Shown piece by piece: positions 1-11,647 of a stretch of 64,000 bases of DNA. Location of the stretch: assembly GCA_043228905.1 (NCBI GenBank), contig JBHGNT010000013.1, positions 1,674,001 through 1,738,000 on the forward strand, written 5' to 3'. This DNA is from Azolla caroliniana (taxonomy: Eukaryota > Plantae > Polypodiophyta). The notes under the pieces are model-generated. The model ran no database searches. It was not told where the DNA came from and saw only the letters and a program-made list of their open reading frames with translations. Every line of letters begins with the position of its first letter. Positions within the stretch are counted from its first letter, which is position 1. The translations under genes were made by a program, and so were the position numbers.

Positions 1-356
1 CCTTTCATTGGAATGTCATCGAGGAACGGCATCGTTATCTCCGGAATGCAATCTCGAAGCACCTTGTTCATCGCGTTCATCATATGAGCAACCGAGTTTG
101 TCGCTCCTTGTGGTAGTGTGCACATTCGGACTAATCCTATCGGTGTTCGCATTGTTGTGATGTCTCGGCTCTCCACGGCTAGTTGGAATTGGTCATATCC
201 GGAGTATAGGTCTCCGATGGAGTATATCGCACGACCGGCAAAAGCTTCCGCAAATTCGTCCACTGTCGGACCGACTCCCGAGTTTCGGATCGTGACCTTA
301 TTCACCGGTTGCAAGTCTTGGATAAATCGGAGTGACCCATTCTTCTTCGGAACCGT
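1..356 (-). pseudogene. A1 reverse transcriptase fragment (continues beyond window)
   Basis: Minus strand translates TVPKKNGSLRFIQDLQPVN...DLYSGYDQF...LPQGATNS...MPFLDDIP, homologous to the RT of B (5900-6268). Confidence 0.9.
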
Positions 357-1085
357 TGTCGTGCCTTTCGGCTCCGGATCGTTTGCGTGAGTCGGGTGGG
401 AACCACTGGGGTTTTGGACTAGGAAGAGGAGAGTTTTAAGGCTAATAAGAATATAAATATGTTGTAAGAAAGAGTTATAGTAAACTCGTGAATCCCACGA
501 GTGTATTGTATTAGATTAATCAATATGAATATAAGAATATAAACTTCGGTTGAAAGAGAATGATATAGAATTCTCGTGAATCCCACGAGTATAGTTTATT
601 AATTGGTGTATTTTAGAAACATATCCAGTTTCCAAATATTTTTCACACACAATTACATTGTGCTCCCCATCCTTATGTAGTGATGAGGAAGTCTTAGTAA
701 TCTATGCTTTTTCTCTAACTATAGACCCCATGCTTTTCCTATAGATAGACTATATGCTTTATCTAAAGTGATCATGCTTTTTTCTAACTTGTGCGTTTTT
801 TATCATGCACGCTAGATGTGTATGTGTAGCTTTTTCTTTTGTTATGCGTTTTTCTAATGTTTATCCTAGCGTGAATTTACCTTTCTATGTGGGACATCTA
901 TGCTTTAACACTAATGAAATGCTAGTGTAATGGTAAGACATTACATTATTAACATGGAGGTGCAAGGTTCAAATCTTGCCCTATGCATGTTCCATTTATT
1001 TTGCTATTTTCTTCTATTTCTTCATTTTTTATTGAATCTAATACTATATACGTTTTTCACGTAGTGTACAAAATACACTACGACA
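357..1085 (-). mobile_element. Solo LTR of an A-related family inserted in the A1 RT
   Basis: TGTCGTGCC...CACTACGACA termini shared with A LTRs. 4-bp TSD CCGT (353-356 / 1086-1089). The empty site is visible in A2 at ~48235-48245. Confidence 0.92.
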
Positions 1086-2311
1086 CCGTGAACCAACGAT
1101 TTGAGTACGGAGCAGTTGATGGCTCTAGAATCCCCATCGCCACCTTCTCCTTGAGCAAGTCAATGACTTTCGGAATATGTGCTCGTGAAACTGGATTCGG
1201 CTTCAGGTTCCACGGTACATGGTCAATCGTGAAGATCACCATCGGCTCCACTATTCTCGGATCGATGCACCCTATCTCCCTTGATGTAAATGCAAACGCT
1301 TTGCCGTGTTGCTCCAACATCTCGCGAAACCGTTCTTCTTCTTTTTGTAATAGGAACCCACCTCCACCGATCCGAAGTTTCTTCCGGGTCTCATCCGTGA
1401 AGGCATGTCCGATATCCACGGACTTCCGAAGTGTCGGATCTCCCGAGACTTCTTTCCTCTTTTGTTCGCTATCGGCGGGTAGTGGTCCCGCGGCCGGTTT
1501 CACCTTCTTCTCCACGGTCTTGTATTTTGTACTTACCATTGCTTCTTCTTTGCGGAGCGTATCCGGCTCCATTTTTGCAATGATATCGTACATCTCGACC
1601 GATTCCACCAGGACTACCCGGTTCCCTTGGCTTTTATCTTCCGCAAGCTCTTCAAGTCGTTGTAGCGTGCTCCCATAGAACACTTCTTCGACTATCCCCA
1701 TGATTTCTTCATCTTCTTTTATTATTGATGCCGACCGCAACTTCTCCTCCACTTGTCGGTATCCTTTCTTCAATCCTCCGGTTACGGTCGTGTACGTAGA
1801 TGCCCCATCCGGACCGATTCGTACATGTTTTGCTCCGAGAGTTTTCTTCTTGTGTGGGGTATTAGGGCTTCTCGGACTATCACTTCCCCACTCCGCAACA
1901 GTCCGCTTTAAAAATCCATTCTCACTTGGGACATGAGTTCCCTCTTGTTCTTTTCGTGATTTGCCGGCACCATTAGGAATTGGACGGATTTCCCACCGTT
2001 TTGGCTCCGAATTCGCGCAAAAGCCGCACTGCTATCAAGCACCTTCGTCTCCATTCGTGATGCCGTGATAAAGGGTTGGCCGAGGATGACGGAATGTGAA
2101 ACCTCATCTTGCACGAAGAAATTTTGGTCCATCTCGACATCCCTGATCTTCACCGTCACATCCGGACAAACCGCAAATAGATTTTCCGTTGCTTTGGTGG
2201 CCGCCCGAATCTTCCATCCATGGTTGGTGTTAATAGGCCACTTCCCCTTCCGGTAGAACTCCTTGGACATCAAGTTGATCTCCGATCCGTGATCAATCAA
2301 TGCTAGCACGA
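1086..2311 (-). pseudogene. A1 aspartic protease C-part (1908-2311) and pol N-terminus (1086-1907)
   Basis: LALIDHGSEINLM protease motif; ORF 1078-1773 ...GILEPSTAPYSNRWFTV is the RT N-terminus. Confidence 0.88.
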
Positions 2312-2931
2312 TGTCGTGAAGAAAACCGTCCACAAGCGGAATCGGCGCACCGGAGCGTAGGAACCGACTCTTCATGCACGTGTGCCTTATGTTGTACATA
2401 GGAGATCCTAGGTAGATTCGGTAGGTAGGAAGTAAAGGGGAAACGGCTCCTTCGTTGCCTATAAAAGGAGGGAGACGATGAGGGGCGAGGGGATTGCGGA
2501 GAGTCGAGGACGAAGTGCTGTCGGATTGGGTGCGAAGGCTTCTCTCTCTCTCTCTGGTTCGCAGACTCCAGAGCTTCCTTCTGTGCAGGTTTCGGGAGGC
2601 TCGCGCTGCTCTGAGGAATGCCCGAGTGCTTCCGGCAGCACCTCCAACCTACTCCTTCCTTTCTGTGCGTTTACGAACAGGTATCGGCATCTATTCGTCG
2701 GCCCGTTCGGTTGTAACCGACTTCATGTTTTGTTGTCTGTCTTTGTTAATACATACATTCATTCGTGTCTCTCTGTGTCGCTGTCCCACTCGCGTCTTTG
2801 TGTCGAAGGGCCGTGTCCCTATGAATCTACTCTCGCACGTAGTGGGTCTCTTTTCTTTTCTCTCTTGCTCTTCGGTACAGGATCCCCGAGGTCCCGCCTC
2901 ATTCCACGCATCCGCGAGGAATACCTCGACA
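2312..2931 (+). repeat. 5' LTR of B
   Basis: Direct repeat of 8640-9260; TATA box CTATAAAA ~2459. Confidence 0.96.
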
Positions 2932-2935
2932 TCTT

Positions 2936-2952
2936 TGGTGAACCCGACGTGA
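2936..2952 (+). promoter_or_regulatory. PBS of B, complementary to the 3' end of tRNA-Trp(CCA)
   Basis: TGGTGAACCCGACGTGA 4 nt after the LTR; matches the recalled plant tRNA-Trp 3' end TCACGTCGGGTTCACCA. Confidence 0.88.
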
Positions 2953-2975
2953 AAGAGGCGGCAAAAGAGCAGAAG

Positions 2976-5102
2976 ATGAAAGGGTCGGATCTTGCAGAGG
3001 CCATGGCTTCAGCCGTGGATCGGATACTGAGCGCACGCGAGGGCTCCGGCGCCCTCGACAGAGCCATTGAGGTGGTCGTCGGTACGATCGGCCGGTTCAG
3101 CGGAAAGGATGCCACGAAGTATTTGGCGTCCTACGGGGTAGAAATGCTGATGCGGGACATTCCGTAAGAGAGGCGTCTTGCCGGGTTTCCTCGAGTGGCG
3201 ATGCCGAGCATCCATGCGGAGGTGCTCGAGGTGCGGGCGGAGAGCCATACCTGGGAGGAGTTCGAAGGCCGACTCCTGGAGAAATACGGGCTGGACGACG
3301 CGCTCCGGCTTTCGAAACGAGACTTCATGGAATGGGTGGAGTCCCCCGGCAAGGGAAGAAACGCGTCGGCACTCCTCCGGGAGTTCGAAGAACGCTTTGC
3401 GCGCCTTTCGGCGCTTGACCGAACCATTCTAGATACGATCCGGGTCCTACTGTTCGTCAAGTCGGTGGACGAGCGGGACCGGGATCAAGTCGGCTCCTTG
3501 CTGGAAATCGAAGACGGGCTGACGACCGACTGGGCAGTGGTTAAGAGAGTCTGTGGCCATTTCGACAAACGGCGAGAATGGGCTGATAACGGGGCGGCCA
3601 GTGTGGGGTCTGTCACAGCAAGGAGGCTTGAACCGGCACCGCAAGGGCGAAGGGAAGAAACCCGGGAATGGCTCGAAACCGGCCCGGCTTCGACCGGCGT
3701 GGTCAGTGGCTCATCCGGAGGAGCAGCGCTGGAGGAGTTGACGCGGGCGATAAAGGATCTCCAGATCGCCCAGACTCGAAGGGAAGGCGGCGAACCGGCT
3801 CGTGACCGACGGCCGGCAGTAGGGAATAAGTGCATGTGGTGCGACGAGGTCGGCCACATCCGGAAGGACTGCGGCGATTTCGCAGAAGCGTTGAGGAACC
3901 GGGTGGTGTACCTGTGGGAAGGCTGGGTGCACGCCGGCGACACCAGAAGGGCCCTAAACCGAAACGACGGACGAGGAGGTATGAAGAGACTGATGGAAGA
4001 GGCAGCGGCCCGGCACGTGGAGGCCATCCACTACTCGGCGTCGACCGGCATTCGGGTTGGGGGCAGCGAGGCCCGAAAGGAGGGCAAAGACGTATTCTAG
4101 TCAGCAATGCTAGAAGGTCTTGCCGGCGCACGACTAAGGAAAGACGAAACGGACCGTGCTGAGAGACGGGTCCGGGAAATAACCGGGTGGAGCGATCCGG
4201 TCGAGGAGAAGACGGGCTTCGTAGAAGCCGCCTGCCGGAACTACGAGGCTCTGGTAGAAGACAAGCGAGTGGGGAAAGCCAGAGCGGCCGGGCCCTCACA
4301 ACGGTACGAGACCCAATTCGGGCAACGACGGAATGATGCCGGTGGGTCCGGCTCGCAAGATAACCCCAGGAAGGGCGGATACCGACTGGGGACGGAAATA
4401 GAAAGGACTACGGACCTACGAAAGGTCCTGGAAGAACGGATCCTCGACAGCAAAGTGGAGTTGTCATTACGGGAGGTGCTAGGGATCGCCAAGAAGGAGT
4501 TCCACGACTCCATTGTGGACCTGGTGAAACTGAAGAGGCTGTCGACGGAGACGGAACCGGAAAGACCGGTGGAGGTGCGGACGACGCACACCGACGACAT
4601 GGCGATGGAAGACGAGTGGGCGGAGAGCCACTATTCGAGGCCACACTGGGCCTGAGCGACCACGGAGACCCCGGTAAAGATCGGAGATGTTCAGGAACCG
4701 GTGGTGGCGTTGGTGGACCACGGTTCGGAAATAAACCTAATGTCCATGGACTTCTATAAGAAGGGAAAGTGGCCAATCAACACCAGGCATGGGTGGAAGA
4801 TACGGGTGGCGACGCGCGCCACCGAGGAACTGCACGGGGCCTGCCCGAATGTGCGAGTAAAGATCGGCGACGTCGAGATTGACCAGCACTTCTTCGTATA
4901 GGAGACGTCCTCGCATCCGGTCATATTAGGGGAACCATACATCACGGCGGCGAGAATGGAGACCAAGGTGCTAGACAACGGTTCGGCCTACGCAAGGGTC
5001 AAAAGCCAGGACGGGCGCCATTCGGTCCAATTTCTGACGGTGCGACCGAACCACGAGCGAAACCACAAATCCCTCGGTGGCGAGAACCGGGAGGATTTTT
5101 AG
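2976..5102 (+). pseudogene. B gag-protease ORF with in-frame stops
   Basis: ORF pieces at 3195, 4107 and 4701 share one frame. Zinc knuckle CMWCDEVGHIRKDC; protease LVDHGSEINL. Confidence 0.92.
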
Positions 5103-8100
5103 AGAGGGCTGCCAAGGCGTGGGGCCGAGACAGTCCGGACACTCGGGAAAGACCCCACGACTGTACGATAGGTAGGAGATTTTGCTTCTCCGACAACGGA
5201 GGGTGTATGATAGTCGGCATCGTTGGCCGAGAAAAGACAAGGGCGGAAGTGCGACTTCGAGCGTGCGGAGTTCTCGGCCCGGACGAGGAAATCAGCGGGG
5301 CCATGGAGGCGGTCTCCTTCGACGACACCTTGGGGATGTTGAGGAAGGTTGCCGGAGAAGACCTTAACGAAGACCGGACAATACCGGTATGTTCCGAAGA
5401 GATGTACGAAGTCATCGCGAACTTCAGTCGGGGGCTCGGGTCGGATTGGACGGCCCGAGTTAGCACGAAGTACAAGACTGTGGACCGGAAGGTAAGGCCA
5501 GTCGCGGCGCCCTTGCCGGAGGGCAGCGAGTCCTGAATCAGAGGGGTGGCGTCGGACCCCAGTTTACGAGATCCGGCCTGCATAGGACACACCTTCACCG
5601 ACGGGATGCTCCGGGAGCTCAAGATCGGTGGGGGCGGGTTCCTACTGCCGGCGGAGGAAGACCGGTTTCGGGGAATGCTCGGAAGGCATGGGAAAGCCTT
5701 CGCATTCTCACCGGAAGAGATCGGGTGCGTAGACCCGACAATCGTGGAGCCGATGGTGATATTCACGGTACCGCATGTGCCGTGGAATCTCAAGCCGATT
5801 CCGGTACCAAGAGCTCACATCCCGGAGTTGATGGAGCTACTGAGGCAGAAAGTCGATATGGGTATTCTCGAACCGTCGAGCGCGCCATACTCGAACCGAT
5901 GGTTTACCGTACCAAAGAAAAACGGAACATTGCGCTTCATTCAGGACCTGCAGCCGGTCAACAGAGTGACCATTCGGAACGCAAGAATCAGACCGACCAT
6001 AGACGAGTTCGCGGAGGCCTTCGCCGGAAGGTCGATTTACTCGGTCAGTGATCTGTACTCGGGGTACGACTAGTTCCAGCTAGCCGTGGAGAGCAGAGAC
6101 ATTACGACGATGCGAACTCCCCTCGGCCTAGTGCGAATGTGTACCCTGCCGCAAGGAGGGACCAACTCGGTGGCCCACATGGTGAATGCAATGAACAAGG
6201 TACTGAGGGATTGCATCCCCGACATCACCATGCCGTTTCTAGACGACATCCCTATCAAAGGGTGCTAGGTGGAAGAGAAGGACGAGACAGTCGGGCCGGA
6301 CGGATGCCGGCGGTTCGTGGCAACACACATCGACGACTGCGAGAAGGTGCTACAAAGGCTAGAGGATGCGAGGCTCACCTTCTCTGGGGAGAAATCGGCC
6401 TTCGGGCAATCAGAAATCCTGGTGGTAGGACACCTGTGTGGACCATATGGCCGAAAGCCGTCGCCGGCAAAGGTAGAAGCCATCTCCGCGATGAAGACCG
6501 ATTGTAGCTCGGTTACGGAAGTTCGGAGGTTCTTGGGGGCGTGCGTATTCTACCACATATGGATCCCGCATTACGCCCACGTTGCGGAGCCACTATACGG
6601 GTTGCTGAAGAAAGGGCGAAAATTCGAGTGGCGAGACGAGCACACGGAGCCGGTCCGGAAGCTGAAGGAAGCTCTTGCGGCAGCACCGGCGCTCCGGAAG
6701 GCTGTCTATGGGAAGGGTACCCCGGTATACATAACAGTGGATACAAGTCCGACCGGGATCGGATGGGTCGTCAACCAAGAGGACAAGGACGACATTCGGT
6801 TCCCGATCCGATTCGGCGCGAAGGTCCTCAGTGAGCGACAACGAGGGTACGCCCAGGTTAAGCGCGAACTCTGGGGTATCGTTTCGGCAGTAAAGGCCGA
6901 CAAAGGCTACCTGATCGGGACAGAAGTGATTATCGAGATGGATTGCCTGCCAATTCTCGGCATGGTTTCCGGATGCGCGACACCGGACCTGGCGATGCTC
7001 AGGTGGATAGCGTACATCAAGTACCTGGGTCTGGAAATACGGCACATTTCCGGAAAGGACAATGCCATGGCCGACATGCTTTCGAGGGCGAGGTTTGATG
7101 ACGAGGGCGGCATGGTTTTGGAGGACGAAGAAGTCGGCGTGGACTTCTTCGAGGTGGTGTACGTGACGACCGATGGGACGAGAACTCCTGCACTTAATGA
7201 CTTCGACGAGAGCAGGTACGACGACGAGTGGCTCCGAATCGGTGGATTTTTGAGGACAATGACGCCGAATGCGTCATGGACAAAGGACGAGGCCAACCGG
7301 ATCCGGAAGAAAGCTTACCGATTCTTTCTCCGGGACGGATACTTATGGAAGCACCCGAAGAAGAGGAACGGCGTCCCGCTCCGGGTGGTGGCGATGAAGG
7401 AAGAACAGGAGGAGTTGTTGATGGCCTACCACGACAACCCTTGGGCTGGACACCGTGGAACGTGGGCCACGTTCGAGAAGATAAAGGGGAAGTACTAGTG
7501 GCCGGGACTGTACCGGGACGTGCATCGGTTCGTGACGACTTGCGAGAGTTGTCAGATGCACTCCGTAGTCCGACATCGGGACGAGCTTCACCCTACGTAC
7601 CCTCCGACCATCCACTTCAAATGGATGGTAGACCTGGTGATGATGCCGATGGGAGTAGGACAGATGCGGTATCTGGTCCTGGCTCGGGAAGATCTGACGA
7701 ACCAGGTAGAAGGCCGGGCGCTTCAGAACAAAACGACTGCAGCCGTATGTAGGTTCCTGATTGAGGACGTGATATGCCGGTACGGGTGCGTCGGGAAGAT
7801 CGTGGCTGATCGCGGGGAGTTGGACGCCGAAGAGGGCGAGGAGCTATTCGACCGGCTAGGAGTCAAGCTCTCGCTTACCACTGCGTATAATCCGGAGGCG
7901 AATGGGAAGGTGGAGCGCGGTCACGGACCGATCGTCAAGGCGTTAGTTCGGGTATGCGGAGGTCAAGTCGGGAACTGGCTGCGGCTACTGCCTTATGCGT
8001 TGTGGGCGGACCGAACTATGCACAGTTCGGTAACCGGATTCATGCCGGCAGAGCTTATGTTTGGGCAAAAGCCGATCATGCCGATGGAACGTACGATCTC

Positions 8101-8566
8101 CTCATGGGCAACCGTGGACTGGAGAGACGAGATGAGCCGGGAGGAACTGTTGACGGCGCGCATACGACAGCTCGAGCGAAGACCGGAGAACGTGGAGCAG
8201 GCTACGGAAAGGCTTCGGGTGGCCAGGACGAGGAACAAAGCCCGGTTCGACCGGACGCACCGGCTCCGACCGAAGAAGATCGAGGAAGGCGACTGGGTGC
8301 TAGTCTACGACAGCAACCTCGACAACCAGCACCGAGCGACACGGAAGTTCGCAAGAAGGTGGTTCGGGCCTTACGTGGTACAAAGCGCCAACGACAACGG
8401 GACGTACCATCTGGCGGAACTCGACGGTACGAGAATGGCGATACCGGTAGCTGGGAAGCGGATCAAACCGTTCAAGAAGCGTCACGACGACGAGCCGGAT
8501 CCGGTTGACTTGGACCGCGACGACGAGCGATCCGAAACCGAGGAAGAACCGACGGGCGGAGAATGA
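5093..8566 (+). pseudogene. B pol (RT-RNaseH-integrase), -1 frame relative to gag-PR, with in-frame stops
   Basis: PFLDDIPIKG (RT), TVDTSPTGIG...ADMLSR (RNase H), H-H-CESC zinc finger, D..D..E core, GPY/F motif; no chromodomain. Confidence 0.93.
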
Positions 8567-8622
8567 AGGCTGGACCGGTTTTCTCCGTCCCAACACAATT
8601 TGGCACATGCCGGTGGATGCGC

Positions 8623-8639
8623 GGTTAGGTGGGGGCGGA
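8623..8639 (+). promoter_or_regulatory. Polypurine tract of B
   Basis: GGTTAGGTGGGGGCGGA directly before the 3' LTR. Confidence 0.75.
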
Positions 8640-9260
8640 TGTCGTGAAGAAAACCGTCCACAAGCGGAATCGGTGCACTGGGAGCGTAGGAACCGACTCT
8701 TCATGCACGTGCGCCTTATGTTGTACATAGGAGATCCTAGGTAGATTCGGTAGGTAGGAAGTAAAGGGGAAACGGCTCCTTCCTTGCCTATAAAAGGAGG
8801 GAGACGAGGAGGGGCGAGGGGATTGCGGAGAGTCGAGGACAAAGTGCTGTCGGATTGGGTGCGAAGGCTTCTCTCTCTCTCTTTGGTTCGCAGACTCCAT
8901 AGCTTCCTTCTGTGCAGGTTTCGGGAGGCTCGCGCTGCTCTGAGGAATGCCCGAGTGCTTCCGGCAGCACCTCCAACCTACTCCTTCCTTTCTGTGCGTT
9001 TACGAACAGGTATCGACATCTGTTCGCCGGCCTGTTCGGTTGTAACCGACTTCGTGTTTTGTTGTCTGTCTTTGTTAATACATACATACATTCGTGTCTC
9101 TCTGTGTCGCTGTCCCACTCGCGTCTTTGTGTCGAAGGGCCGTGTCCCTGTGAATCTACTCTCGCACGTAGTGGGTCTCTTTTCTTTTCTCTCTTGCTCT
9201 TCGGTACATGACCCCCGAGGTCCCGCCTCATTCCACGCATCCGCGAGGAATACCTCGACA
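8640..9260 (+). repeat. 3' LTR of B
   Basis: Direct repeat of 2312-2931. Confidence 0.96.
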
Positions 9261-10903
9261 ACGAGTTCTTTGATGTTGCCGATTTGGACCGGAGTCTCCG
9301 TAGTCGCGCGGGCCCAATGTGGCCTTGTATAGTGGGAGTTCGGAATTTCGTCCTCCACTTCAGTGTCGTTCATTAAAACGGTGTTCGCATTCACCCTTGG
9401 AGCATTTTCCTCCGTACTTTGTCTTTTTTGCTTCACGAGATCCACGAGAAGATCGTGGAACTCCTTCTTTGCTATTCCGAGTAGCTCCCGAAGCGAGAAA
9501 TCTACCCGGCTATCCAAGATTCTTTCCTCGAACACTCTTTTCAAGTCGGTTTGTTGTTCTATGTCTGAGGTGAGCTTGAATGCCGGAGTCGCCTTTTCTT
9601 TTGCCTTACCTCCGAGGTTCCAGCTTTCCGATATCTTCGATGGCCCGGACACATCCTCCGCGCGTCGTCGTTTCTCGTCCATATACACCTTATGCAATTG
9701 ACATAGGGCGTATACGCTATTCTTGTAGACAGGGCACTCCCATCCCGTAGCTTCCCGAACGCCTTCCGCGGTGCTTCAGATCTCGTTGGAGTCGGTTTTC
9801 TCGGTGTTTTCTAGAACTTCCGGCCAAAAAGACGTCTTTGCTCTCGATGACTCCCCGACACATATTCCTGCGGTTGTCGCATAGTTGCTTCTCGCTGCCA
9901 ATTCCTCCTCGAGCACCATCTTCATGCCGCCTTTCCGGAAGTTCGGTCGGAGTGGCTTTCGAGAGTCCATCGAATGAAACCGGTTTCCCTCGTAGTAGAT
10001 GAGATCCCGCCGTAGCGCCTCCTTATGCTCGTCGCAATCCCTCCGATCATGTTCGGCGCTATCGCACCATATGCACCGTCGGTCCGTATACTTGGAGCTT
10101 GTGGGGCGATCATCCGACTTCTTCACCATCACGATCTTCAGATTCTCCATCTCCTTCAATAGTTGCTCCACCGTAGAGGCATCAATCCCCTTCTCGGTTG
10201 TAGTCTCCCGAGCCCTCAGTTGATGGTCTTCCAATTCGGTTCTCGTCTTCGGAATCGGTTCCGAAACCCTCTTTTCCTCGTTGGCAAGCCATTGCCCCCT
10301 CTTCGTGTATCGCGCGACGATATCCCGCACGCTTTCCCATGTTTCGGTGAGGCCACTCTCCGTGGTCATGTCCTCCAAGAACACTCCGAGATCTTTCCGG
10401 TCCCGGACGTCCAGGGCTCGCAAGAACATGATCACCTTGTCCGGTACGAGGATAGCTTGATCTCTCGCGAACAACCTCCCGAACCGGCTTTCGAATGCTG
10501 AAAACACATCAATGACCTTCAATCCCTTGTCCGGCGTCTCCACCTAATCTTCGAATCCCCTTCGCGTCGCCTTGGAGGAATCCTCGATGGCGAACGTCCT
10601 CTTTAGCTCTTCTTCAAACGACTCCCATGTCGGATTTTGTTGTCGTAGCCCATGGATGCTTGCTTGAAGCCCGTCGGTCGCCACCCGGTTGAAGGACGTC
10701 ACTTGCAGTCCTTCCGATATTCCGCACCGTAGCATCTCCGCCTTGTAGTCCCGAAGATACCGCGACACGTCTTTCCCGTTGAATTGCCCGTTTCGTTGCA
10801 CGAGCCGCTCCACTGATGCCGCTATCTCCGACATCGCGCGTTGTTCTTGTAGCATGCGCTCGAACATCATCATCATGTTGCTAGCCTCCGGTTGATTTTC
10901 CAT
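9261..10903 (-). pseudogene. A1 gag with premature stops
   Basis: ORFs 10544-10903, 9776-10543 and part of 8978-9697 match the intact A2 gag; knuckle CIWCDSAEHDRRDC. Confidence 0.92.
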
Positions 10904-10922
10904 CTCCTTGCCACCCGGTTTT

Positions 10923-10939
10923 TCACGTCGGATTCACCA
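10923..10939 (-). promoter_or_regulatory. PBS of A1 (tRNA-Trp)
   Basis: Minus strand TGGTGAATCCGACGTGA, one mismatch to the B/A2 PBS. Confidence 0.85.
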
Positions 10940-10943
10940 ACTG

Positions 10944-11647
10944 TGTCGTGCCCTTCGGCTCCGGATCGTTGCGTGAGTCGGGTGGGAACCGCCGAGGTTT
11001 TGGACTAGGAGGAAAAGGAATAAAACTTAAGGCTAGTTATGAATAGTAGAAAGAGAAGTAAGATAGCAATCTCGTGAATCCCACGAGATTAGTGTATTTA
11101 AAACAATATTTAGATTACAATAGTAATTTAGATGGCAAAATTCGTGAATCCCACGAATATATTAGATTGATCAATCCTTGTATTTTAATCAGCAACCTTA
11201 TACATATTTCTCTCCTCCTTATATAAAGATGGAAGAGGCTAAGCATGGCTTCATGCTTTTTCACCAAAAGTGTCCATGCACACTAAATGTACATGTGATG
11301 CTTTGTCATTTCCTAATTATAGGGCTCATGCACGCTAGATGTGCATGAGTCACTTTTAATGTCACGTGTAAATAAAATATTCACACCCTAAAGAATACAT
11401 GATTTTTACCTTTTAATAAAGGTATGTGTAAATAAAGGTCTTATACATATTAAATCTATATATATAAAACTAAAGATAAGTTATTACAATGGTAAAGTTG
11501 AGGTTTATCTATGTGGAGGTGCAGGGTTCGAATCTTGCCCTATACACGTGATAAATATTTTGATATATTATTTATTTATTTATATGTATCTAAAATGAGA
11601 TATATTATTTTATGGTTTTCACGTAGTGTGTGGAATACACTACGACA
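10944..11647 (-). repeat. 5' LTR of A1
   Basis: Highly similar to 45595-46299 and 51142-51846; right flank ACGT. Confidence 0.94.

Larger units (their letters stand above)
2312..9260 (+). mobile_element. Full-length Ty3/gypsy LTR retrotransposon B (6949 bp, tRNA-Trp primed)
   Basis: LTRs 2312-2931 and 8640-9260 (TGTCG...CGACA). TSD ACGA (2308-2311 / 9261-9264). PBS, PPT and gag-PR-RT-RH-INT order present. Confidence 0.97.
1..11647 (-). mobile_element. Ty3/gypsy LTR retrotransposon A1 (tRNA-Trp primed, non-chromovirus); 3' end outside window; hosts a solo LTR and element B
   Basis: 5' LTR 10944-11647, PBS, gag 10903-9261, protease 2311-1908, pol/RT 1907-1. Colinear and near-identical with A2 (48200-51846) once the inserts are removed. 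Confidence 0.93.

Noticed and set aside
2478-2952. LTR-encoded ORFs (also 8784-9332) and the many antisense ORFs over gag/pol
   Set aside because: GC-rich shadow frames with no domain motifs; not conserved as open frames between copies.
11480-11545. Functional tRNA genes in A/F LTRs
   Set aside because: Box A/B are present but no convincing acceptor or anticodon stems.
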